IMG/VR virus record: IMGVR_UViG_3300015263_000969
Location: 1,440 to 65,439 of that record
Direction: 5' to 3' (one strand)
DNA: 64,000 nt
From: a virus
Lineage: Duplodnaviria; Caudoviricetes
Every line of letters starts with the position of its first letter. Position 1 is the first letter of the stretch. The notes beneath the pieces were generated by a model. The model had not been told where the DNA came from, did no database searches, and saw only the letters and a program-made list of their open reading frames with translations. Made by a program: the position numbers and the translations under genes. Shown in pieces: positions 41,901 through 50,882 of this stretch.

Positions 41901-42100
41901 TCTGCCTCGACGCGCACCCGACTAGTTGCCCTGGCGGCGGCGTCGGCTGCAATGGATACGTCACGCATGCCGCGAGCGCCGGCGGCCCCAGCCCGAGAAG
42001 CTGAGCCCTCTGCCCGCTCGAGCTGAGAGGTAAACCGTCCGAGAGCATCACGCGCCTGTCCAGTACGGACTTCCACCTCAATGGCGTAAGTGTCGCTCAT
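38954..42100 (-). CDS. Tape measure protein
   Basis: 1048 aa, Ala-rich helical; ADEYTAISNRIRSVT...VAQDTRS tape domain; HASGG C-terminal motif. Confidence 0.92.
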   Translation of the reverse strand: MSDTYAIEVEVRTGQARDALGRFTSQLERAEGSASRAGAAGARGMRDVSIAADAAARATSRVRVEADRFAGAAKQAGTAADAAGRAGSSSMHRAAASTSALASEVHGLIAAYAGIHTVAKIGHLADEYTAISNRIRSVTDDEDNLRGVLEATFKVAQDTRSEWEETAATYQKVAAATAHLGVSQQEVVDLTKQIAQGLVVSGSTAQEARMTMMELTHAFELGALTGREFRVVLKDATQLVGALADASGHTRAEFISMGKHGKLTADILIDAFRKAGPALEEKFNKMLPTTEQSLLRIKNAAAKFFGETGSGSGVLQGLARSLAYVADHFETFGRVIIGVGEVLLGLLVLEKIVWLVKALGAAVLAHPIIAFAVALATAVSLLRQFGDELNADAGSIVKVSDVLRELWSDIKDLGSAVLDFLGGAWARLTGAFSDGLDGTGIDFSLRTVLTGIAAFVDSAIGMFRFLGKSIIDVFIGIPKTVGAVLIEMARVLVGGIEMIVNGLIGAVNGVLAAVQLVTSKIDSAGIAAALKEGQAKGLTGDALMQFAKERAQSSGFQIPAVDLSFKNPLANAPRDLGRNLANNFDEWRNTSFARDYVDSIYERSATATRQRNALERDILGGLGGFGLGDTGAYVKSTGTGHAAPHVDEKALKKAQSEYDKLARQLEGIERASNPATEALTKYEKAVDIVTRATQAVNPKTGEFMLSLEDGQDIILETAARLADARFPLEAWIREVDKEVASLSLSSKEREKYNDLLEATADLRRKGVTITPEVQSDITSKLEARRYAEEAAKYRETGARATLNQGVDEAIKQLQFGVITAKQFEEEIRKIESAYEDATIAGRSMADGVKRAGKSIEEEITNIGALMERDLLSGYRMLEDSFLDITVAMSHGWDEFAKAGKESLRGFVDFVLRELTRLLLHQALTALFKRAGGGGPGVIGGLTAGLEALGIYGGAHASGGEYVVPGSGPPDSVPVTFLLSPREHVQFTPPGQAPASQASAPAPAPRVNVVIVDDATAAARRAMENDGETYYQVHRRRNDPSVRGRTTGR

Positions 42101-42884
42101 TGGCCGCCGTTCATTAGGGCTCGCGCAGCCGCTGCGCGTTCCATGCGATCAGCGTCTAACTTCTGGATGACCGCTTTCAGCAGCATGAACAAATCACGGT
42201 CCAGTCCCTCATCGCTGGCCCAGGCGCGAAGCGCATTGTATGGCGTGGACCCTTGCACACCGAACCCAATCTGCCGGTCTCCTTCTAGGTCACGCATGCA
42301 TTGGATGACCATCGCCATTGCGCTGTCGGTATCTGGGGCCGCGGCGAGTATCTGCTGCTCGTGCCCAGGGAGGGCGGGGCGCGCGTGGATTCGCATCTGC
42401 CGACGGATCGGCGCGGCCTGCTCCTCCCAGCGCAGCCACGCCGCTACCCGTTTCCCAGGGCCTCGACAGAACCGACCGAATCGCGAAAGTGGGCCGCCGG
42501 CATCGCATAGGCAAACGCCCTATCGATGACGTCGGGATTGTCCTTCGCGATCTTCGTCAGCAGTTCCTCGCCAGCGCCCGGCGAGTATGGGACCGGCGTC
42601 TTGCGATCTGCCGCCAACACATTCTCCCAGCCCTCGATGACCGTCTCGGCGAACACCGGGATCAAGTGACGGCGCAAGACTCCCAGCGGGATCTCATCGC
42701 CGTAGCTCTTGAGCACGTTGTCGATCTTCCGTCGCTTGTTCATGAACGCATGGTTGCTCTCGCCGGCGTGCCGCATGATCAGCACGATCGGCTCGGCGCC
42801 ACGCGCGTAGAATCCGATGAGTGTGGCGCGAACAGTTCCATGAGGCTTCTGCGCCGAGAAATCGAGATCGTCGAAGTTGGACAT
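42097..42884 (-). CDS. Tail assembly chaperones G (42444-42884) and GT (-1 frameshift to stop 42097)
   Basis: Slippery G GGA AAC at 42450-42456 just before the G stop; -1 frame open into ORF 42097-42396. Confidence 0.85.
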
Positions 42885-43006
42885 GCCTTCATCATCCGTT
42901 GAGTTGCCCGTCGGGGCGATTTAGCGCCGGGTCTCGAGGCGCCGGCCCGGCCCGGCATGTCCGACTCTGGGCGCGGAGGGATGCGCTCGCAGCCTCGAGC
43001 CGTCCG

Positions 43007-44509
43007 CTACGACGCCGGGTGATATGCGAACACCGACAGCGACGAGACGATGTTGGTCGTCGGATCGCGGAACCCCGGAACGTCGAGCGAGCACATCACA
43101 GCGGTGTTTGCGGCGTACGTGCGCGCACCGCCGCGGGCCGCCACGAGCGGCATGTCGATGTGGAACGCGCCGTCCGCGTTGCGCATGCAGACATCGAACC
43201 AGCAGGAGTCATTGGCCCGCAGCGTCACCGGGATGCCAGAGGTGTTGTAGTAAACCTCCATCGAGAGCGATGGCTGCACCTTGCCGTAGTCCATGTCCAC
43301 GGCACCGAGCGTGCCCTGGATGTCGCGCGGCTTGATGTTGTGCTCCATCGTCCACTTCCACGAGTTGACCTCGGTGGTGAGGTTCGTGGAAGACGAGTCG
43401 ATCACGAAGCGGGGCGCGCCGACGAGTCCGCTCGAAGTCTGGTACAGGTTCGCGGCCATCGGTCGCCGCGGCGAGTCCGCCCCCGTCGCGCGCGACGCTG
43501 CGAGGACCGGATCGTCGATGTCCTGCGCGCAGAACGTCATCGTCGCGGTGATCTTGCTCTCGAGCGGGGCGTCGAGCTCCAGCGTCTTGAGCGCCATACC
43601 GCTCGCGTAGGTGTACGTGGCGACGCCGCCAGCGCCGGCGCCAAGCTCCTCGAGCTCTCCGTGCAGCGTCGGCTCGAGATAGTCGGCGTGGTCCAGCGAC
43701 ACGTTGCGGTACCAACGGCTGAAGAGGAGCCGGATCGTCTTGCCGGATCCGTTGTCCGCGGAGCCCGGCGTCCACGTGTGATGCTCGAGCGTGATCAGGT
43801 TCGCCGCGATCGACACGATGCGTGCGCGGCCGTTGTATGCCGTGGTCGCGAAGCTGTTGGCGGCATCGCCATCGCCGACCTTGATCGTCTGCCCGACGTT
43901 CAGGCCGAGCGTCGTGAAGTCCAGCGTCGTCGAGATCAGGTTGCCGCTGCTGTTGAACTGGATATCGCCACTGTCACCCTGCACGCCGGCAACTTCGACG
44001 GTCGCACCGGTCGAGGTGGCGACGGTCTCGGCGGTGAGCCCCGAGGCCTTGATCTCGGTGGCCGTCGAGGCGGCGGCCACGACCTTCAGGCCATTGTTGG
44101 CCGCCGTCGCGAACCCCTTCGCATGAATCAGGAGCCCGGCGGTCAGATCGCCGAGCGCAGCGACGGTGTAGCCCGTGCTCGTGACCGCAGTCGGTCGGTA
44201 CAACGACTGCCCCTTGTTGCCAGCGTGCTTGGCGGCCGACCGGAAGATCGACGTCGCGATGATGTCGACGAGATCCTTCGTCAGGTCGTGCGTGATCTTG
44301 GGCGTACCGTCGAGCCCGACGACCTCACCCTTCTCCATCGTGGCGTACTTGCTCAGTGGGTCGCGCTCGACGGTCTGGAACTTCGATACCCAGTCCTGGA
44401 TCCCGCCAGGGTTCGGCTGCACCTGGACCCAGCCGCTCGTGGGCTGCGTGCCGAACGACGACTCGGGAGCGAGCAGAAGCGTGACCGCCTCGGAGAGAAC
44501 CTTGGTCAT
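43007..44509 (-). CDS. Major tail tube protein
   Basis: ESSFGTQP N-terminus; 500 aa; upstream of chaperones and tape measure. Confidence 0.8.
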   Translation of the reverse strand: MTKVLSEAVTLLLAPESSFGTQPTSGWVQVQPNPGGIQDWVSKFQTVERDPLSKYATMEKGEVVGLDGTPKITHDLTKDLVDIIATSIFRSAAKHAGNKGQSLYRPTAVTSTGYTVAALGDLTAGLLIHAKGFATAANNGLKVVAAASTATEIKASGLTAETVATSTGATVEVAGVQGDSGDIQFNSSGNLISTTLDFTTLGLNVGQTIKVGDGDAANSFATTAYNGRARIVSIAANLITLEHHTWTPGSADNGSGKTIRLLFSRWYRNVSLDHADYLEPTLHGELEELGAGAGGVATYTYASGMALKTLELDAPLESKITATMTFCAQDIDDPVLAASRATGADSPRRPMAANLYQTSSGLVGAPRFVIDSSSTNLTTEVNSWKWTMEHNIKPRDIQGTLGAVDMDYGKVQPSLSMEVYYNTSGIPVTLRANDSCWFDVCMRNADGAFHIDMPLVAARGGARTYAANTAVMCSLDVPGFRDPTTNIVSSLSVFAYHPAS

Positions 44510-44560
44510 GTCCTCAGCGTCGGGCCAGATGGGCCGACGGGGCGATTTGCGGACTGCGCG

Positions 44561-44989
44561 CTACCGCGTCTCATCGAACCAGTACGGAATGCTCATCGTG
44601 CACATAACCCACCGGCCATCCTCGAACCCCTCGCGTTGCCCATCAGGAGCCATCCTGCGGGTCGCCGAGTAGGTGCGCAGCTCGACGTCGATCGTTCTGG
44701 ACTCGAAGACGTTGCGCACGCTCTCGGCCAAGGAGAGCATCGTTGCTTCGCCGGCGCCGATCGGCGTGAACAACTGGACGAAGATCCGGCCCCGGTCCTC
44801 GAAGCGCCGGCCGCCGGCAGGCCCGAGCGTGGCCTGAGCGCGCAGCGTCGGCCTGAACGTGACGCGGACCCACGTGTCGGCGCTGTCGATGATCTCGCCC
44901 TCGAAGCAGTAGGGCACGGTCGGCTGCTCGGCCACCCACGCCGAGATCCAGCGCGCCTTCATCACCTCGAACGCCTGCGCCTCGGTCAC
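44561..44989 (-). CDS. Tail terminator-like protein
   Basis: WVRVTF...GRIFVQLFTPIGAG; position. Confidence 0.7.
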   Translation of the reverse strand: MTEAQAFEVMKARWISAWVAEQPTVPYCFEGEIIDSADTWVRVTFRPTLRAQATLGPAGGRRFEDRGRIFVQLFTPIGAGEATMLSLAESVRNVFESRTIDVELRTYSATRRMAPDGQREGFEDGRWVMCTMSIPYWFDETR

Positions 44990-45330
44990 GTGGACCCCGG
45001 GAAGTCGATGCGGACGTCGCGCTTGCGCACGCCCGCGCGCCCGCGCTCAGACTGGACGTCGGCGACAGCCTGCTCAAGAGCGGCTTCTACGAAGCCTGCC
45101 GGCGCCTGGCTAGACGACCCCTCGTTCAGGTATCGGACATACTCCTTGTCGTTTCCGACGATGAGCGTGCCGGCGCTCCCAGGGCGGATCTCCCATGCAT
45201 CCCGAGCGGCTCCGGTGTCGACTGGCGTGGTCTCGCGCAGAATCTCGACCAGCCGCGTCGCCACGGCAGCCTTGCGCGAGTCGACGTAGTGACCGAGGCG
45301 GTCACGCAGCGCGCTACCCTGGCGAGTCAC
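44986..45330 (-). CDS. HK97 gp10-like neck protein
   Basis: TPVDTGAARDAW...YVRYLNEGSSSQAPAGFV. Confidence 0.8.
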   Translation of the reverse strand: MTRQGSALRDRLGHYVDSRKAAVATRLVEILRETTPVDTGAARDAWEIRPGSAGTLIVGNDKEYVRYLNEGSSSQAPAGFVEAALEQAVADVQSERGRAGVRKRDVRIDFPGST

Positions 45331-45333
45331 GGG

Positions 45334-45669
45334 CTACCGCCGATCGCGGCGTCGGCTGGCCTGGGGAATGTTCGAGGATCCGGCGCGCTGGGGCGCTGGG
45401 CTTTCTGGCAATCCGTGGTCGGCAGCGCGCGAGGGCGGCGCAGGAGCGGTCGCCCTCTCGAGCTCGTCTTCGGACATGGCATCCGGGTCAGGGGTCGATG
45501 CCGGCGTTGTGGAGTTGTCGATGTGGCGAGCTGCCCACAGGTTCCAGACTTGACGCTGCGATGCCCCGAGGTCTCGCCATGGAAATGGCTGACCGGTCGT
45601 GTAGACCTTGCCGCCATAGTCGAATGTCGACCTGGCGACGAACGGGGCATCGTACGAGAACCCCCGCAT
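45334..45669 (-). CDS. Small protein downstream of the capsid gene
   Basis: TGATG-coupled to the capsid stop; MRGFSYDAPFVARSTF... Confidence 0.55.
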   Translation of the reverse strand: MRGFSYDAPFVARSTFDYGGKVYTTGQPFPWRDLGASQRQVWNLWAARHIDNSTTPASTPDPDAMSEDELERATAPAPPSRAADHGLPESPAPQRAGSSNIPQASRRRDRR

Positions 45670-46703
45670 CACACCATTCCGAGGAACAGCGTCCCCATCT
45701 CCGGCGTCACGACGTGATAGCCGTTGAACGAGTCGATCTCCCAGTGATCGGATCCGCCGGGGCCGGCGAAGTCGTCGCGCAGTGCACGGATCCGAATCCC
45801 GAACTCGTTGCCGGCGCCATCCGGGTAGACGATACGCGCCAGCGCCGTTGGCTCGTCGTTGTTGTACATCCCCGGGTCGTCGCTGCCGGCTGCCATCGTC
45901 GGCCGGTAGTAAAGCAGCGCCGAATCGCCGGGGATCAGGTAGTCGTTGTCCGCGGCCTCGTTGAGTCCGGCGGTGTTCGAGATCGCCTTGCTGACACCGC
46001 ACCACTCGAGCTCCAGCAGCCGTGCCATCTCCTCGAGCGAAGCCGGCCGGTTGCGAACCACCGGACTGCCGCCGCTCTGGAGGGCGGCCCGGATCTCCGG
46101 GTGGTAGCGGAGAGCACGCCACGCCTGGCGACCGAAGATCATGCCGGTCGGCTCGATGCCGGTCAGCTTGCCTTGGTTCTCGATCTCCTGCGCGAGACGC
46201 GGCAGCGGATCGTACGCCGTGTCACTGAACTTCTTCAGCGCACCCGTCGCCCCGCCAGTTGTGCCTGACTCGGCGCCGGCGGTGCCAGTGACGGTGCGAA
46301 ACCAGTTCGCCGACTGAAACAGCGAGGCGAGCTGGCCCTCGAGTGAGAGAGCCGCCTTGTACGACAGCACCTTGGGCACCAGATCCTGCGGCTTGACCTG
46401 CACGTTCGAGTTCCTCTGGACGATGTCGTTCAGCTTGATCGCGAGCGACTTCGTCGGGATCTTGTACGTAGCATCGGTCTTGGAGAACTGCGTCTCCCTG
46501 GCCCGATCGTTATCGCCACGCGCATGCATGTCGTCGCGGTTGATCGCGGCCATGTTCCACTTGTAGTAGATGCCGGTGAGCGCGTTCACCGGCAGTCGGG
46601 CCGCCGCGAACGGCCCGACGAAGTTGGTCATCGACTGGAACCGAGAGACCGCCACGTTGGTCAGCGGGATGTCGGTGTGAAAGTCACTGCGATTGGCGGC
46701 CAT
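45669..46703 (-). CDS. Major capsid protein
   Basis: HTDIPLTNVAV..., FGRQAWRALRYHPEI, GTLFLGMV; follows protease and decoration genes. Confidence 0.85.
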   Translation of the reverse strand: MAANRSDFHTDIPLTNVAVSRFQSMTNFVGPFAAARLPVNALTGIYYKWNMAAINRDDMHARGDNDRARETQFSKTDATYKIPTKSLAIKLNDIVQRNSNVQVKPQDLVPKVLSYKAALSLEGQLASLFQSANWFRTVTGTAGAESGTTGGATGALKKFSDTAYDPLPRLAQEIENQGKLTGIEPTGMIFGRQAWRALRYHPEIRAALQSGGSPVVRNRPASLEEMARLLELEWCGVSKAISNTAGLNEAADNDYLIPGDSALLYYRPTMAAGSDDPGMYNNDEPTALARIVYPDGAGNEFGIRIRALRDDFAGPGGSDHWEIDSFNGYHVVTPEMGTLFLGMV

Positions 46704-46727
46704 CTGAGTTCTCCGAGGAGTTGCGGG

Positions 46728-47705
46728 TTACGAGAACGTGACCGAGTTGCTGAACAGCACGAGCCATGCGGCCCCGGTCCAGTGCCCGACGAAGTAGTCG
46801 CCGGTGTCGTTGATCGCGGCATTGGTGGTCGCCGCTGCGGCGAGCGACTTGAACACGCCGTCGATGTCACCGTCCGGCGTGCTTGCCGCCGTCGTGCAGC
46901 GCACCTCGATGACCTCACCTTCGATGAGCCCATTCGGCAGCGCCTTGGTGCCGTCACTGGACACCGTTCCCGTGACCGAGAGGTTGTAGGTCTCGGCCAG
47001 ATCGTATCCGGTCAGTACGTCGGTGCCGACGACGACCGTCAGGGCGCCTGCCCGCTTCTTGTCGATCAGCTTCCAGCCGTCCGGCGTCATGACCAGAGTG
47101 ATGCGCTGCCCGACCGCGTGGAACACATGGGTCGCCGGTTGGCTGGTGTAGGGCGTCGCGATCGTCAGGGTGCCCAGCGGCGTGTTGGTCGCCGCGACGC
47201 ACTCGATCGTGATCTTGTGGCCCTCCTCGCCATCCGCGAGGGTGAACGCATCCGTGCCATCGACCGAGAGCAGCACATAGTCCGCCGTTGCCGGAAGCGC
47301 TCCGGGCGCGGCCACCTCGACGAGCGAGGCGACGCCGGCCGCCGGAAGCGTTCCGAGCACCGGAGTACAGGTCACGTAATGGCCGGAGCCGTTCGCCGGT
47401 TCGGCAGCGATGGCCATCACGTAATGCCCGGCAGAGGCAGCGACCGCGCGTCCGTTGGCATCAGTCGTTAGCTGCGCGCCACCGTTGAACGAGGCGCCGG
47501 CCTCGATGGGCATGAGACGCTCGACGAACAGGTCCAGACCATCGCCGGCCGCCGTCGGGACACTGCCGATGATGCCGTCGGCGCGCTCGCCGAGCGTCGT
47601 GCACACGACGATCTCGCCGTCGGTCGCGCGCTTGCCGAACCGATAGAGCTTGCCCGTCAGGTCGGCTCCCGCCTGGGCATTGATGGGCTTGGACTCGAAA
47701 GACAT
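46728..47705 (-). CDS. Capsid decoration/cement protein (DUF2190-like N-terminus plus extra beta domains)
   Basis: AGADLTGKLYRF...IEAGASFNGGAQLTTDANGRAV. Confidence 0.75.
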   Translation of the reverse strand: MSFESKPINAQAGADLTGKLYRFGKRATDGEIVVCTTLGERADGIIGSVPTAAGDGLDLFVERLMPIEAGASFNGGAQLTTDANGRAVAASAGHYVMAIAAEPANGSGHYVTCTPVLGTLPAAGVASLVEVAAPGALPATADYVLLSVDGTDAFTLADGEEGHKITIECVAATNTPLGTLTIATPYTSQPATHVFHAVGQRITLVMTPDGWKLIDKKRAGALTVVVGTDVLTGYDLAETYNLSVTGTVSSDGTKALPNGLIEGEVIEVRCTTAASTPDGDIDGVFKSLAAAATTNAAINDTGDYFVGHWTGAAWLVLFSNSVTFS

Positions 47706-47731
47706 CGCCTGATCTCCTGTTGGTTCTCGGT

Positions 47732-48436
47732 TCAGCGAGCGGTACGAGAGGAGCGGCGCTCCTGGTCATACGCGGTATAGAGCGCGTCGCCCTGTGCGGT
47801 TGCGAGGAACGCCTGGGTGGCCTGCGCCGGCGTCTGCCCCTTGGCCTGGGCGAACGCGGAAAGCGCGACGTTGAATGCCTCGAGCGCACTCTCGTTACCA
47901 GCGTCGGTGTCCTCGTTGATCCCGGGCGCTCGCCCAGCCGCCTGAACGAACGCGCTCGCGCCCTGGAGCGCCTTGAGCGACTCCTCGAGAAGCGCCGGAT
48001 CGCCGGCACCGCGAAGCGCTCGGACGATGTTGGCGTGCACGAGCGCAGAGCCGGGAAGGTTCGGGATTCGCGTCGCGCAGATCGCAGCGATGTCGTTCTC
48101 GTCGTTCGTGGATCGCGCCTTGGCGAGCGCATCCTCCTGGAGAGCGAGCTGCTTGGCCTGCGCTTCCCCCTGCTCCGCGAGACGCCTGGCAAGATCGCCA
48201 TGGCTCGCGCGAACCGTGACCCCGGTCAGTTCGCCCGTGAACACCACCGGGTCGGCGTCGAGCGCGGCGCGTACGGCCGCCTCGCGGACCGTCGCGCTCT
48301 CGAGACAGAAGCCCTCGGCGGCCTCGGCGTCGAGCTTGGCAGCGTGCGCCCGATGCGACTCGGGCAGGGTCAGCGCCGCCATAAGTGCCTTGCGCATGGT
48401 GGCGAGCTTTGGGGTCTGATCGGGCTGGTCGGCCAT
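47732..48436 (-). CDS. Nested in-frame scaffolding protein
   Basis: Internal late promoter 48462-48493, GGAGAG RBS, ATG 48436. Confidence 0.65.
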   Translation of the reverse strand: MADQPDQTPKLATMRKALMAALTLPESHRAHAAKLDAEAAEGFCLESATVREAAVRAALDADPVVFTGELTGVTVRASHGDLARRLAEQGEAQAKQLALQEDALAKARSTNDENDIAAICATRIPNLPGSALVHANIVRALRGAGDPALLEESLKALQGASAFVQAAGRAPGINEDTDAGNESALEAFNVALSAFAQAKGQTPAQATQAFLATAQGDALYTAYDQERRSSRTAR

Positions 48437-49360
48437 CTGGGTACTCTCCGGTTGTGAGTCCACGGTAGGCGTGGCGGGTGAGGGGGGCGATTTGTCGTTG
48501 TCATCCGCGAACGCGCGCACGGCCGCGGCCGATCCATCGTCGGTGTCATCGTCGATCGAGAACGAAGCCGAGAGCGTCGCGCGTAGCTGGTCCATGCCAG
48601 CAGTCGGCACGCCGGGAACCGGGACGCATGAGGTCTCGATCAGCTCGGCAGCGGTGTAGATCCAGCGGACCGTGAGCGTTCCGGTTCCGTCGCGGCGGCG
48701 CTCGTATCGCTTCTTCCCGGCGCCGTCGGTCAGTTCAACGAGCTGGTCCCCGGGCCAGTGGTAGCATTGCGACATGACCGGCGCATCGCACACCGAGCAC
48801 AGCACCGGACCCGTCGGGATCCAGCCGATGCTCACGGTCGTCATGTTGCCGCGCAGGTACATCGCGATCGCCCACGGCTCGGTGAGGCGCGCGACCTGAC
48901 GGATCTCGTAGTGCCCATCGCTCGGCACCTCGGTCCCACTCTCGACGAGGGTCCCGCCACGCGCCATCGAGTCGCGCTGCTCGTGGTCCCGCAGGAACGG
49001 CTTGCCGGCGCCGGTCTTTCCGATCGCGCGCATCGAGGCATTGCGGAAGCCGACGTAGTTCCAGTTGTCGACGCCGGCTTGCTGCTCGTACGCCAGCATC
49101 GGCACGTCGACCTCGCAATAGCCAAGCTCGCCAGCGTCGATCATGCGGAGCAGCTCGTCGCGCAGTTCCGCGGTCATCGGCACGCGCTTGCCGTCGGTCA
49201 GCTTCGGACTGTGAACCAGAACCGACGAAGTCGCAGCCGGTCCCTGCGCGAGCAAGAGTGGCTCGAGCGTCCGCTCGGCGCGCGTCAGCATCGGCGCCGC
49301 CTTGAGGATCTGCTCGAGGGTTGGCTTCGCCTTACCGGCGCGTTCGATGGTGGTGGTCAC
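47732..49360 (-). CDS. Prohead protease/scaffold
   Basis: GKPFLRDH, TVSIGW, CSVC...CYHWPG, IETSCVPVP; helical C-terminus. Confidence 0.8.
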   Translation of the reverse strand: MTTTIERAGKAKPTLEQILKAAPMLTRAERTLEPLLLAQGPAATSSVLVHSPKLTDGKRVPMTAELRDELLRMIDAGELGYCEVDVPMLAYEQQAGVDNWNYVGFRNASMRAIGKTGAGKPFLRDHEQRDSMARGGTLVESGTEVPSDGHYEIRQVARLTEPWAIAMYLRGNMTTVSIGWIPTGPVLCSVCDAPVMSQCYHWPGDQLVELTDGAGKKRYERRRDGTGTLTVRWIYTAAELIETSCVPVPGVPTAGMDQLRATLSASFSIDDDTDDGSAAAVRAFADDNDKSPPSPATPTVDSQPESTQMADQPDQTPKLATMRKALMAALTLPESHRAHAAKLDAEAAEGFCLESATVREAAVRAALDADPVVFTGELTGVTVRASHGDLARRLAEQGEAQAKQLALQEDALAKARSTNDENDIAAICATRIPNLPGSALVHANIVRALRGAGDPALLEESLKALQGASAFVQAAGRAPGINEDTDAGNESALEAFNVALSAFAQAKGQTPAQATQAFLATAQGDALYTAYDQERRSSRTAR

Positions 49361-49503
49361 GCTCGCAGGATCGCGAGCGGAGGCGGGCGGGGCGATTTGC
49401 GGTGGGCGGAGGGCGTGTTACTGTCACCCTGCCTCCGCCGCCGGAGGATGCCGGGTGCTGCGCGTCGCGAGACGCCTCGGCACCAGGGCGCCGGCGGCGG
49501 AGG

Positions 49504-49875
49504 CTACCTGCGAACCTGGAGCTCGTATACCGCGGCGTCGGGGTCGCGCCCTGGCACGGCGATCACGCGGTACGTCGTTCCCTCGATCGTGACCTTGTCG
49601 CCCTGTGCCGGCACCTGACCGCCGGCGATGGTCGAGCCGAGCAGCGACACCTTGCGGTCGCCCATCTTCACGGTCGTGTTGTCGACGAATTTCTCGTCGT
49701 AACCCTCGACCCACCCACGGGCCGCGTAGCTCGTCTCCGTCGGGTTCAGCCCCGCGCTCGCCTGCCCCGACGTGCGCGCGGTGTTCGCGACCTTGATCAG
49801 CGTCGCGGCCTTGACCTGTGGTCCGAGGTTCTTGGCGATCTGCTTGGCGATGAAGCCGGAGAGGAGCTTGGGCAT
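49504..49875 (-). CDS. Head closure/stopper-like protein
   Basis: GDRKVSLL...PAQGDKVTIEGTTYRVI...DPDAAVYELQVRR. Confidence 0.7.
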   Translation of the reverse strand: MPKLLSGFIAKQIAKNLGPQVKAATLIKVANTARTSGQASAGLNPTETSYAARGWVEGYDEKFVDNTTVKMGDRKVSLLGSTIAGGQVPAQGDKVTIEGTTYRVIAVPGRDPDAAVYELQVRR

Positions 49876-50116
49876 GGGCTCACATCGCGTAGGTGTGCAG
49901 TCGGGCGCACCGAATCCGCGGCGGATCTCCGGGGGCGGCGAAGTCGACGCCGCCCGGCGTCGTGCAGATGACGGCGTCGCGAACGCTACTCCCGTCAGTC
50001 TGATTCTCGAGCGGAGCGTGGCACCTCGAGCATACCTCGACGGGTCGGCGCGGCGTGCGGAACCATGCCGCGATCCTGCCAAGCATCGAGACCGGCCGGC
50101 CGATCGTGATCCGCAT

Positions 50117-50719
50117 CTAGAACGCCTCGCTCCGCTCGTTCCGGTCGCACTCGTCGAAGAACGAGTCGCTCTCCGTCCCCGTCGACACGCCGGCCACGCT
50201 CAACCCGACCGCACCGCCCGAGCCCGCGAGCCACTGCCCGATCAATTCGTGGACCGCCGTCGGCAGCTTCGTCGCCGTGCCCGCGCGTCGCGACGTCGAG
50301 CCGAAAAACTCCAGACGCGCCGAGCCGGCCCCCATGCTCTTGATGTTCTGGCCCTGGTCCGCCTGCGCCGCAGCGTCCGCGTCGGCAACCAGGATCGCGA
50401 CCATCTCGAACGTTGCACGTGAAACGCGGTCGAGTTGGTACGCGTCGCTGGCATCATCGCCGTTCTCGTCCTCGAGGCCATCCCGCGGAAACACCAGCGT
50501 GGTCCCGTCGGCCCAGGCTGCCGTCCCCTGCCAGCGCTGGCGGTCGATGTAGCGTGTCGCTGCCACGAGGTACCTGGCGCGCGAGTTCGCCGACAGCGCG
50601 GCGTAGGCGTCCGGCCCGGCTCCGACGAGGCCGAGCAGGTAGTCGTCGCATGCGGATGTACCGCCGTAGACCTCGACCGCAGCCGAGGACCCGGTGAGCG
50701 TGACACTGTAGAGCGTCAC
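50117..50719 (-). CDS. Head-tail adaptor (DnaT-like ssDNA-binding fold family)
   Basis: LVAATRYIDRQRWQG...LVFPR...ATFEMV. Confidence 0.7.
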   Translation of the reverse strand: MTLYSVTLTGSSAAVEVYGGTSACDDYLLGLVGAGPDAYAALSANSRARYLVAATRYIDRQRWQGTAAWADGTTLVFPRDGLEDENGDDASDAYQLDRVSRATFEMVAILVADADAAAQADQGQNIKSMGAGSARLEFFGSTSRRAGTATKLPTAVHELIGQWLAGSGGAVGLSVAGVSTGTESDSFFDECDRNERSEAF

Positions 50720-50882
50720 TGGACACGGCTCCTGGCGGGTCGATCAGATACCCGCTCATCCGCGCGGCCAAAGATGCCGACGAACGCATCGAGCGAGACC
50801 GGATCGGGGCCGGTTGGCGGCACGACCGCGACGTGCACGCCGAGACGAGCCCTGGTTGTCACGCACCGGCTCTTGATGGCCC

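Noticed and set aside
42821-45289. Long plus-strand ORF (822 aa) and similar antisense ORFs such as 61413-63806, 55177-56667 and 8410-9984
   Set aside because: Shadow ORFs opposite well-supported genes; high GC suppresses stop codons
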